Part shown: positions 8,488-16,733 of the stretch, one piece after another
Position numbering within the stretch: position 1 is the stretch's first letter
Layout: each line of letters begins with the position of its first letter
DNA from: a virus
Lineage: Duplodnaviria; Caudoviricetes
Reading direction: 5' to 3' (one strand)
Virus record (IMG/VR): IMGVR_UViG_3300044454_000013
Span: 1-27,481 of that record
DNA length: 27,481 bases
The notes under the pieces: model-generated
Seen by the model: the letters and a program-made list of their open reading frames with translations, nothing else
What the model was told of the DNA's origin: nothing
Database searches by the model: none
Position numbers and translations under genes: made by a program

Positions 8488-8707
8488 TATTTTGGAAGCA
8501 TCGAGCATTATCAAGTCCAATCTTCCTGGCTCTACGATTCAGAAGTCTGCCGAATACCAAGGCCAATTCCTGTTCTTAGTCGTGCCTAGTGATCCTGATG
8601 AGTTTCCGATCTTCTTCTCGGTGAATCGTCAGACAAAGGCATTCCGCGATTTCTCTCCGTTCGATGATGGCAATCCTGCTGAGATCGAAAAGCTATTTCT
8701 CACCTAA
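8480..8707 (+). CDS. Small protein (75 aa), candidate immunity/partner of the papain-fold toxin
   Basis: ATG at 8480 overlaps the toxin-like gene end by 8 nt. Small, acidic and aromatic (FLFLVVPSDPDEFPIFFSVNRQT). Function inferred from position only. Confidence 0.55.
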   Translation: MIDILEASSIIKSNLPGSTIQKSAEYQGQFLFLVVPSDPDEFPIFFSVNRQTKAFRDFSPFDDGNPAEIEKLFLT

Positions 8708-8728
8708 AACCAGGAAAGGAGGTAACAC

Positions 8729-10060
8729 ATGGCCAACTTTGGTGCTCGTTTGAGGCATTCCTGGAATGCATTTCTGAATAAGGATACGCAGCAGGCAGAA
8801 GTTGCTTGGAATCTTGGCCCGAGCTATTCGATTCCGCCCAATCGAACTCGAATGTATATTTCAAATGAGCGATCGATCATCTCTGCCATCTATACGCGCC
8901 TAAGTGTGGACGTGGCCTCCAATCCAATTCTGCACGTTCGTCTTGATGAGAACCGCCGTTTTGTTGGCGAGGTTGACAGCGGTTTGAACAACTGTTTGAC
9001 AATTGAGGCTAATCTCGATCAGGCAGCCCGCGCCTTTCGACAGGATATTGCTCTAACACTCTTCGACAAGGGCGTTATTGCGCTAGTTCCAGTCGACACC
9101 ACTACCAATCCCAAGATCTCAAACAGCTTTGACATCAAGACTCTTCGTGTTGGTGAGATCGTCCAGTGGTATCCAAAGTACGTCAAGGTCAGCGTATACA
9201 ACGAGGCAAAGGGGCAGCGCGAGGAAGTAACTCTTCCAAAGACCTTGGTTGCTATCGTTGAGAATCCGCTATATTCTATCATGAATGAGCCGAACTCAAC
9301 CTTGCAGCGTCTTATTCGTAAACTCGGAATGCTGGACTCGGTTGATGAGGCTACTAGTTCTGGTAAGCTGGACTTGATCATTCAGCTTCCGTACGTTATT
9401 AAGTCTGAGGCCCGTCGGCAGCAGGCAGATCAGCGTCGTAAGGATATTGAGTTCCAACTCAAGGGTAGTCAGTATGGCATTGCCTACACGGATGGAACGG
9501 AGAAGATCACCCAGCTCAATAGGCCTACTGAGAACAACCTTCTCAAGCAGATTGAGTACTTGACGGCGATGCTTTATGGTCAACTGGGTCTGACTCCAGA
9601 GATTATGAATGGTACTGCGGACGAACAGGCTATGCTCAACTACAACAACCGTACGATTGAGCCGATTCTTGCGTCTATCACTGAGGCAATGAAGCGAACG
9701 TTCCTTACAAAGACGGCACGTTCTCAACTTCAGTCGGTTGAGTACTTCAGTGATCCATTCAAGTTGGTTCCTGTTGGCAAGCTTGCTGAACTGGCTGACG
9801 TCTTCTCGCGCAATGAGATCATTGCTCCTAACGAGTTCCGTCAGATTCTGCGCTTCAAGCCCTCTAAGGATCCAAAGGCTGACGAATTGCGGAATAGTAA
9901 CATGCCACAACAGCCCGATCCAGCTGCCGATCCAGCTGCAGCTCCTGTTGTCGAAGCTCCCGTCGATGAAGGTGATGACGGAGAGATTGTTGCCGGTGCT
10001 TTCGATAGTGTCAACGGTGTGCTAGACGACATCTTTGCTGAGTTGGGGGTTGAGGAATGA
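8729..10060 (+). CDS. Portal protein
   Basis: AAAGGAGG RBS; 443 aa; lies between terminase and protease/capsid; HK97-like portal features (IYTRLSVDVAS, NYNNRTIEPI, NEFRQILRFKP); acidic C-terminal tail. Confidence 0.92.
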   Translation: MANFGARLRHSWNAFLNKDTQQAEVAWNLGPSYSIPPNRTRMYISNERSIISAIYTRLSVDVASNPILHVRLDENRRFVGEVDSGLNNCLTIEANLDQAARAFRQDIALTLFDKGVIALVPVDTTTNPKISNSFDIKTLRVGEIVQWYPKYVKVSVYNEAKGQREEVTLPKTLVAIVENPLYSIMNEPNSTLQRLIRKLGMLDSVDEATSSGKLDLIIQLPYVIKSEARRQQADQRRKDIEFQLKGSQYGIAYTDGTEKITQLNRPTENNLLKQIEYLTAMLYGQLGLTPEIMNGTADEQAMLNYNNRTIEPILASITEAMKRTFLTKTARSQLQSVEYFSDPFKLVPVGKLAELADVFSRNEIIAPNEFRQILRFKPSKDPKADELRNSNMPQQPDPAADPAAAPVVEAPVDEGDDGEIVAGAFDSVNGVLDDIFAELGVEE

Positions 10061-10635
10061 TCGATGATTCCGCCCTTCTCCACGCAGAGAAACCGTATGA
10101 TGCTAAGAAGGCCAGGGAGTACTATCTTCGAACCCGGAAGCTAAAGGGACGTAAAAAGGGGAGTGGACAACCCACACCCACTGGACGAACCCCAGGGGGT
10201 GTCAAGCCAAAAGCTGCTCCGCACCCCGCCAAGCCAAGGAAGACGAAGGCCCAAAAGCAAAAGGAAGCCGAAGTTCAGGTTGCGGCTCTTAAGAAGCGTC
10301 TTGCTCGTTTGAAAGAAGCTCTTTCGGAGTTAGTTAAAGCAGCAAAGTTGCGTAGTGGTGTTGAAACGAAGACCGATAAGGCCAAGTCCAAAGCCCAAGC
10401 GAATTCTGATGCTAAGTCTAGGAAACCTTTAACGGCTCGCCAAAAGAGCGAAGCGGCTAAGCGTTCTAAGGAAAACTACGATAAGAAAAAGCGTCCTCTA
10501 TCTTCCGATAAGGACATTGCTGAACTTCAACAGCAGATCCGCGACATCCGAGCTAAGATTAAGAACGCAATTGAAGACGCTAAGAAGACAGCGGCAACCA
10601 AGTCCAAATCCCAAACGGCATCGAAAGGCCGTTGA
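10057..10635 (+). CDS. Highly basic coiled-coil protein, putative internal capsid/DNA-binding core protein
   Basis: ATGA overlap with portal; very K/R/A-rich; begins MIDDSALLHAEKPYDAKKAREYYLRTRKLKGR. Confidence 0.7.
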   Translation: MIDDSALLHAEKPYDAKKAREYYLRTRKLKGRKKGSGQPTPTGRTPGGVKPKAAPHPAKPRKTKAQKQKEAEVQVAALKKRLARLKEALSELVKAAKLRSGVETKTDKAKSKAQANSDAKSRKPLTARQKSEAAKRSKENYDKKKRPLSSDKDIAELQQQIRDIRAKIKNAIEDAKKTAATKSKSQTASKGR

Positions 10636-10661
10636 CACTAACAAGGAAGGAGCCCGTCAAA

Positions 10662-12677
10662 ATGGAAGCTGATTTCAGCGGTTACGCCACGAAGGCAGGT
10701 CTCAAGTGCTCCGACGGTCGAACTATCATGCCCGATGCATTCAAGCACAATGACGGTATGACGGTCCCGCTCGTTTGGCAGCATGGTCACAATGACGTTG
10801 GCAATGTTCTCGGTCATGCTGTTCTCGAGAATCGTGCCGATGGCGTCTATGCTTACGGATTCTTCAATGGAACTGAGGCAGGCCAGAGCGCAAAGGTTCT
10901 GGTCCAGCACAAGGACATCACCATGATGTCCATCTATGCAAACAAGCTCGTGGAGAAGGCCAAGTCGGTTCTTCACGGATCTATCCGGGAGGTTAGCCTG
11001 GTTCTCTCAGGTGCCAATCCGGGCGCTCTTATCGACAACGTCAATCTGGCTCACTCTGACGGTGAGGTCGAGACGCTTGAGGATGAGGCCATCATCTACA
11101 CTGGTCTGACCCTTGAGCATGAGAATCTGTCTGAGGATGAGGTCGAGCACGCCGACCCCGCCGCAGATGGCGAGAAGACTGTCCAGGACGTCTACGACTC
11201 CCTCACTGAGGAGCAGAAGAATGTCGTCCACTTCATGATCGGCGCCGCACTTGAGGCTGCTGATAATACTGCACAGCACTCCGATGACGACCAGTCTGAA
11301 GAGGACACTACTAATGAGGATGAGTCTGAGGTTTCCCATGAGGGTGCCGCTGATGAGTCTGATGACGACAATCCCGAGGGCGACCTCAACCACCAGGAAG
11401 GTACCGAAATGACCCACAACGTCTTCGAGCAGAATGGCACTCCTGTCGCTTCTGCTAAGGCAACCCTTACGCACGACCAGCTGACCGCCATTGTTGACGA
11501 CGCCAAGAAGTACGGCTCGTTCAAGGACGCGTTCCTTTCTCACGCTGTGACCTACGGCATCGAGAACATCGATTTCCTGTTCCCGGATGCGACTTTGCTG
11601 TCCAACAGCCCCGAGATGATCACGCGTCGCCAGGAGTGGGTCTCGACCTTCCTCTCGGGCGTTCGTAAGTCGCCGTTCTCGCGGATCAAGACCATGTCTG
11701 CGGACCTGACGCTTGAGGATGCTCGGGCCAAGGGTTACGTCAAGGCCAGTCTCAAGAAGGAGGAGTGGTTCGCGCTTGCGAAGCGTACCACCACACCCAC
11801 CACGATCTACAAGAAGCAGAAGCTGGATCGCGACGACATCGTTGACATCACCGATCTGGATGTCGTGGCTTGGCTGAAGGCTGAGATGCGTATCATGCTC
11901 GATGAGGAGATCGCGCGCGCTTGCCTCGTTGGCGACGGTCGTCAGATCGACTCCGACGACAAGGTTGACGAGACGGCTATCCGTCCCATCGCCTTCGAGG
12001 ACGACTTCTACGCGCACAAGGTCACCATGCAGCAGACTGTCACGGGCGACGGGATTGTCGACGCTATTGTCGGCGCTCGCGTGAACTACCGTGGCCAGGG
12101 CAACCCGACGTTCTTCTGCACCGAGGCACTGCTCACTGAGCTGCTTCTGATCAAGGATGACAACAAGCGTCGACTGTACCCGACTCAGGGTGAGCTGGAG
12201 ACTGCCTGCCGCGTTGCCAAGATCGTTACGGTTCCTGTCATGGAGACCATGCGGACCAACACTGGCGATCTGATCGGCATTCTGGTTAACCTGAGCGACT
12301 ACACCGTTGGCGCCTCAAAGGGCGGACAGGTTTCGATGTTCGATGATTTCGATATCGACTACAACCAGTACAAGTACCTGATGGAGACCCGCATGTGCGG
12401 CGCTCTGACTGGGTTCAAGACTGCTGTCGTCATTTCTCGCAGCACGCTTGGTGCTTCTGTCACGCCTGCCGTCCCGACCTTCGTGGCTTCCACGGGTGTT
12501 GTGACGATCCCGGCGACGGCTAACGTCGTCTACAAGATGGATGGCGTTACCAAGACCGCTGGCGCTCAGACGGCCATCGCGTCGCTCTCCACCACGGTGG
12601 TTACCGCAGAGCCTGCGGCCAACTACTACTTCCCGCACAACTTCGATGCAGACTGGACGTTCACTCGTACCACCTGA
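10662..12677 (+). CDS. Prohead protease - acidic linker/scaffold - major capsid protein fusion with a C-terminal small beta (Ig-like) domain
   Basis: AAGGAG RBS, then MEADFSGYAT. HK97-type protease motifs VPLVWQH, MSIYAN and IREVSLVLSGANPGA. D/E-rich linker, then a capsid-sized domain (IYKKQKLDRDD, FDDFDIDYNQYKYLMETR). Strong C-ending codon bias. Confidence 0.92.
   Translation: MEADFSGYATKAGLKCSDGRTIMPDAFKHNDGMTVPLVWQHGHNDVGNVLGHAVLENRADGVYAYGFFNGTEAGQSAKVLVQHKDITMMSIYANKLVEKAKSVLHGSIREVSLVLSGANPGALIDNVNLAHSDGEVETLEDEAIIYTGLTLEHENLSEDEVEHADPAADGEKTVQDVYDSLTEEQKNVVHFMIGAALEAADNTAQHSDDDQSEEDTTNEDESEVSHEGAADESDDDNPEGDLNHQEGTEMTHNVFEQNGTPVASAKATLTHDQLTAIVDDAKKYGSFKDAFLSHAVTYGIENIDFLFPDATLLSNSPEMITRRQEWVSTFLSGVRKSPFSRIKTMSADLTLEDARAKGYVKASLKKEEWFALAKRTTTPTTIYKKQKLDRDDIVDITDLDVVAWLKAEMRIMLDEEIARACLVGDGRQIDSDDKVDETAIRPIAFEDDFYAHKVTMQQTVTGDGIVDAIVGARVNYRGQGNPTFFCTEALLTELLLIKDDNKRRLYPTQGELETACRVAKIVTVPVMETMRTNTGDLIGILVNLSDYTVGASKGGQVSMFDDFDIDYNQYKYLMETRMCGALTGFKTAVVISRSTLGASVTPAVPTFVASTGVVTIPATANVVYKMDGVTKTAGAQTAIASLSTTVVTAEPAANYYFPHNFDADWTFTRTT
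11395..11411 (+). promoter_or_regulatory. Candidate internal RBS and in-frame ATG within the protease-capsid gene
   Basis: AGGAAGG-taccgaa-ATG (ATG at 11409, MTHNVFEQ) at the end of the acidic linker, 7-nt spacing. Confidence 0.45.
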
Positions 12678-12689
12678 TAGAGGAGTAAC

Positions 12690-13031
12690 ATGGCAAAGTT
12701 CTACGGTAAGATTGGGTATGGAGAGACCGTGGAGACAGCGCCTGGAGTGTGGGCGGACAACATCGTCGAGTATGACTACTATGGCGATGTTGTCCGCAAC
12801 ACACGCACCCTCCAGGAAGGTGAAAAGCTCAACAACGATCTCTCCGTCGGTAACTCGATCAGCATTGTTGCCGACGCATACGCGAACGAACACTTCTTTG
12901 CCATGCGTTACATCGAGTGGGCGGGGACTTTGTGGACGGTTTCAGACGTCGAAGTGCAGAGTCCCCGTCTCCTTCTGAGGCTGGGAGGTGTGTACAATGG
13001 CTCCACGGCTGCAACTCCAAACTCTCCTTGA
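12690..13031 (+). CDS. Head-tail joining protein (head closure/stopper-like)
   Basis: GAGGAG RBS; directly after capsid; 113 aa beta-rich (MAKFYGKIGY...MRYIEWAGTLWTVSDVEVQSPRLLL). Confidence 0.75.
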   Translation: MAKFYGKIGYGETVETAPGVWADNIVEYDYYGDVVRNTRTLQEGEKLNNDLSVGNSISIVADAYANEHFFAMRYIEWAGTLWTVSDVEVQSPRLLLRLGGVYNGSTAATPNSP

Positions 13032-13302
13032 GGGAATTTTAGGTAGTCGCAATGTATATTTCCAACCTCCGGCCAATGTGCAAATGAAGTATCCGTGCAT
13101 TGTATATTCTCGTGATAATTCGGATACTAAGTTCGCAGACAACAACCCCTATCGCCATACCAAGCGGTATCAAGTGACGGTAATTGATCGAGACCCCGAC
13201 AGCGGAATTCCCGATAAGATCGCCGTCTTGCCGATGTGCGCCTTCAACAGGTTCTTTACGGCAGACAACCTCAACCACGATGTATATACTCTGTTCTTCT
13301 AG
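12997..13302 (+). CDS. Tail terminator/completion-like protein
   Basis: GGAGGTG RBS before ATG 12997; NVYFQPP...YPCIVY motif; immediately precedes the major tail gene. Confidence 0.75.
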   Translation: MAPRLQLQTLLEGILGSRNVYFQPPANVQMKYPCIVYSRDNSDTKFADNNPYRHTKRYQVTVIDRDPDSGIPDKIAVLPMCAFNRFFTADNLNHDVYTLFF

Positions 13303-13314
13303 AAAGGAAGAATC

Positions 13315-14196
13315 ATGACTGCACTTACCTGGGACGGAGCTGGCACGCGTCTTTTCGAGACCGGTGTCGACAAGGGTGTCCTGTACATTCCGGACGTTAA
13401 CGGCGTCTACAACACGGGCTTTGCTTGGAATGGTCTTACGACCGTCACCGAGGCGCCCTCGGGTGCTGAGTCTTCGGCTCAGTATGCGGACAACATCAAG
13501 TACCTGAACCTGATTTCGGCTGAGGACTTCGGAGCGACCATTGAGGCGTTCACGTATCCTCCCGAGTTCGCTCAGTGCGATGGTTCTGCGACGCCTCTGG
13601 CTGGACTTCGTCTTGGTCAGCAGACTCGTAAGATGTTTGGCATGTGCTTCCGCACTAAGGTTGGCGACGATCTGGTCGGCACCGACAAGGGCTACAAGCT
13701 CCACCTCATCTACAACTGCCAGGCAGCTCCGACGGAGAAGGCTTACGCCACTGTCAACGACTCTCCCGAGGCTATCACCTTCAGCTGGGAGGTCACGACC
13801 ACCCCGACTGCTGCCACCGGTTACAAGAACACGGCCAGTATCACGATCGACTCCACCCTGGTGGATCCGACCAAGCTGGCTGCGCTTGAGCTTGTTCTGT
13901 ATGGAACGGTTGGCGTTGAGCCACTGCTTCCGACCCCGGATGCTGTGATCGCAGCTCTGACCACGGTTCTCACTGTGGCTGACCTTGGTATCAGCACCAA
14001 CCAGCCGACTTATGTCGCTGGCACTCACATCATCACGCTTCCTGTTGTGACTGGTGTGACGTGGAAGATCAATGGCGTTACCAAGACCACTGGTGCTCAG
14101 CCTGCGCTGACCACGGGTCAGGTTGCCAACGTTACGGCGACTGCCTCAACTGGTTACCGTCTTGCTGGCGACAGTTCTTGGACGTTCAACTACTAA
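13315..14196 (+). CDS. Major tail (tube) protein with a C-terminal small beta domain
   Basis: AAAGGAAG RBS; LTWD...FETGVDKGVLY...AWNGL...YADNIKY...AFTYP...GYKLHLIYN...FSWE; high-expression codon bias. Confidence 0.9.
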   Translation: MTALTWDGAGTRLFETGVDKGVLYIPDVNGVYNTGFAWNGLTTVTEAPSGAESSAQYADNIKYLNLISAEDFGATIEAFTYPPEFAQCDGSATPLAGLRLGQQTRKMFGMCFRTKVGDDLVGTDKGYKLHLIYNCQAAPTEKAYATVNDSPEAITFSWEVTTTPTAATGYKNTASITIDSTLVDPTKLAALELVLYGTVGVEPLLPTPDAVIAALTTVLTVADLGISTNQPTYVAGTHIITLPVVTGVTWKINGVTKTTGAQPALTTGQVANVTATASTGYRLAGDSSWTFNY

Positions 14197-14223
14197 ACCG
14201 ATTAACAGACAGGAGGCCAGAGA

Positions 14224-14769
14224 GTGCTCACTATTACAGTTCCAGGAATTCAACTTTGGGATGAAGTTCTTGAAGAATTCACCAATGCTGAGGGTTTTAC
14301 GCTGGAGCTGGAGCACTCTCTGGTCTCACTGTCAAAATGGGAGTCGTTTTACGAAAAGCCGTTCTTAGGGACGGAAACTAAGACAAACGAAGAGACGATT
14401 TCCTACATCAAGTTTATGATTCAAACCCCGAATTTTCCCCCGGAGGTTTTTTCCAGACTGTCTGAGGACAACCTTTCGGAGATCAACAAGTACATTGATG
14501 CTAAGATGACTGCGACTTGGTTCTCTGAGATTGGAACAGCGACCAAGCGAAACACCGAGGTCATCACTGCAGAACTGATTTACTACTGGATGATCACGTT
14601 CAAAATTCCGATCGAGTTCCAGCACTGGCATCTCAATCGTCTGTTTACTCTTATCAAGATCTGTAACGTTAAGAATGCTCCTCCGAAAAAGATGAGTCGT
14701 AGCGACATCATTGCTCGGAATAGAGAACTGAATGAGCAACGTCGCGCACAACTCGGAACCACAGGATAG
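14224..14769 (+). CDS. Putative tail assembly chaperone-region protein
   Basis: AGGAGG RBS + GTG; directly after the major tail gene; [13 protein letters not shown] and [10 protein letters not shown]...[10 protein letters not shown] motifs. Confidence 0.65.
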   Translation: MLTITVPGIQLWDEVLEEFTNAEGFTLELEHSLVSLSKWESFYEKPFLGTETKTNEETISYIKFMIQTPNFPPEVFSRLSEDNLSEINKYIDAKMTATWFSEIGTATKRNTEVITAELIYYWMITFKIPIEFQHWHLNRLFTLIKICNVKNAPPKKMSRSDIIARNRELNEQRRAQLGTTG

Positions 14770-14787
14770 CGAGAGGAGGCACTCACA

Positions 14788-15570
14788 ATGACCAGACTTG
14801 TATGGGGCGAAGAATCAGCCCGGCGTTACGAATACGGTATAGACAGGGGCGTCCTATTCCCTTCCGATGGTCCTGGAGTTGTTTGGAACGGTCTGGTCAA
14901 TGTTGAGGAGTCTTTTGTCGGCGGGGAGGTTACCTCGTTCCATTTCGACGGCATTAAGTACCTCGATACGGTCAGTCCCAAGAACTATCAGGCAACAATT
15001 ACGGCATTTTCTGCTCCGGAGGAATTTGCCCCCTGTGTAGGAGACAAATCGGTCATTCCGGGCTTTGTTCTGACAAGGCAACCACGCAACAGGTTCGGAT
15101 TCTCATACAGGACCGGCTATGGCAACGACTTAGGCTATAAGCTCCACCTGGTCTACAACGCCACAGCGAGTCCGACTGGCAAAGCATATTCGTCAATAAA
15201 CGCCTCTCCAAGTGCCGAGTCCTTGTCCTGGAAGATCGATGCCGTTCCTCCTGTAGCGACCACATACCGACCATCGGCGCACTATGTCCTTGACTCCACC
15301 AAGGTATCTGCATCAGCCCTAGAAGCAGTTGAGACCCTGCTCTATGGGTCGGCCAAACTAACTTCCAGATTGCCACTTGTTGAGGAACTCCTTGACCTTA
15401 TGTCAATCTGGACCCCACTTATTATCATCCCCCAGTCTGTTACTGGTTTATCACAGCTCACTGCTGGCTCGGGAGACCTGTATAAGACCAAGGTAGACGG
15501 TATCAACCGTGCGCTACCAAATACACGCTTGACTACATCGCCTACCAGCGGTTTCTATAGAATGGAGTAG
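14788..15570 (+). CDS. Major-tail-protein paralogue 2
   Basis: Visible homology to 13315-14196 (YEYGIDRGVL, WNGL, GIKY, GYKLHLVYNA, LSW). Confidence 0.85.
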   Translation: MTRLVWGEESARRYEYGIDRGVLFPSDGPGVVWNGLVNVEESFVGGEVTSFHFDGIKYLDTVSPKNYQATITAFSAPEEFAPCVGDKSVIPGFVLTRQPRNRFGFSYRTGYGNDLGYKLHLVYNATASPTGKAYSSINASPSAESLSWKIDAVPPVATTYRPSAHYVLDSTKVSASALEAVETLLYGSAKLTSRLPLVEELLDLMSIWTPLIIIPQSVTGLSQLTAGSGDLYKTKVDGINRALPNTRLTTSPTSGFYRME

Positions 15571-15573
15571 ACC

Positions 15574-16713
15574 ATGGCTTACGACCTTTACCCTGCCGTT
15601 GACCCTAGTTACAACTTCCCTCCCGAGGTCCGTGCCGCACTGGCTGCTTCTACGGAACTGCGTAATACCGTCGTTCCGATGACCACGACTCTCCGTAACA
15701 ACCTCACGGCTCCTGAGAAGTGGGATGGCCGTCTTATTCTGAATACGACTACCGATCGTCTCGAGCGCTGGGACGCCGGTCTGGCTGGATGGCAGCAGAT
15801 TGCAGATATTCTGGATCTTGCTCCATATACTGCGGCACTTCTGCAGAGGCCTGGACGTAATCGCATTATTAACGGCGATTTTTCTGTTAATCAAAGGGCG
15901 TTTACGACTACGTCAACAAACGCAATTTATGGATTAGATCGATGGCAACTCGGTTGCTCTGGTGGAACAGCCACCTATTCGATTGGTGGTTGGCCCCTCG
16001 GGGATCCTACAGTCTTAGAATCTCCTGCGAATTATGCTCGAATTGTTACTTCTGGGCAAGCTGTTGCAGGCGATTATGCCACATTAAGTCAGCCAATTGA
16101 ATCAGTTCGGACTCTTAGTGGCGAAACAGTTACGGTAAGTTTCTGGGCAAGGGCTTCGTCTGGAACACCTAAGGTTGCTGTTGCATTGGAGCAGTTCTTT
16201 GGCACGGGAGGCTCTCCTTCGGCTGACGTATATACCTTTGCAAATCAGGTCACTCTTACTACCACATTTGCGCGATATTCGGTTACTGTCGCCGTTCCAT
16301 CAATCTCTGGAAAGACCCTCGGCACGGCCTTAAACGACTACCTTCGGCTTCGTCTTTGGACGTCTGCAGGATCTACGTACAACGCCCGTACCGGCTCTCT
16401 GGGCATCCAGTCAGCTACCATCGACTTCTGGGGCGTCCAGGTCGAGAAGGGCAGCGTCGCAACCCCGTTCGAGGTTGAGGAGTACGGTACGAACCTGCGG
16501 AGGTGTCAGCGGTATTACTGGGCATGTTCTAACATAGTCGTTGAGACGTCAACCACGTATTCAACGCTTACCTTCCCAACACCAATGCGTGCAATTCCAA
16601 CTATTACTGGCGGTGGATCGGGCTTTGCGTTAGCGTATGGGAACGTCGATACATATGCTTTCTATCAAACCGCAAAAGCTGCTCAATCTTTACAGTTCAG
16701 TGCAGAACTTTAA
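15574..16713 (+). CDS. Minor tail/fibre protein 1 with a carbohydrate-binding-like (RNRIINGDF...CQRYY) domain
   Basis: Carries the NRIINGDFxVNQR, TVSFWARA, WGVQVEKGSVATPFE and LRRCQRYY motifs typical of phage fibre proteins. Confidence 0.8.
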   Translation: MAYDLYPAVDPSYNFPPEVRAALAASTELRNTVVPMTTTLRNNLTAPEKWDGRLILNTTTDRLERWDAGLAGWQQIADILDLAPYTAALLQRPGRNRIINGDFSVNQRAFTTTSTNAIYGLDRWQLGCSGGTATYSIGGWPLGDPTVLESPANYARIVTSGQAVAGDYATLSQPIESVRTLSGETVTVSFWARASSGTPKVAVALEQFFGTGGSPSADVYTFANQVTLTTTFARYSVTVAVPSISGKTLGTALNDYLRLRLWTSAGSTYNARTGSLGIQSATIDFWGVQVEKGSVATPFEVEEYGTNLRRCQRYYWACSNIVVETSTTYSTLTFPTPMRAIPTITGGGSGFALAYGNVDTYAFYQTAKAAQSLQFSAEL

Positions 16714-16733
16714 CTACACCATAAGGAGGTTCA

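Noticed and set aside
11007-14028. Long minus-strand ORFs 11007-12017, 12315-12893 and 13039-14028
   Set aside because: Antisense to the strongly codon-biased capsid and tail genes; no independent coding signal.
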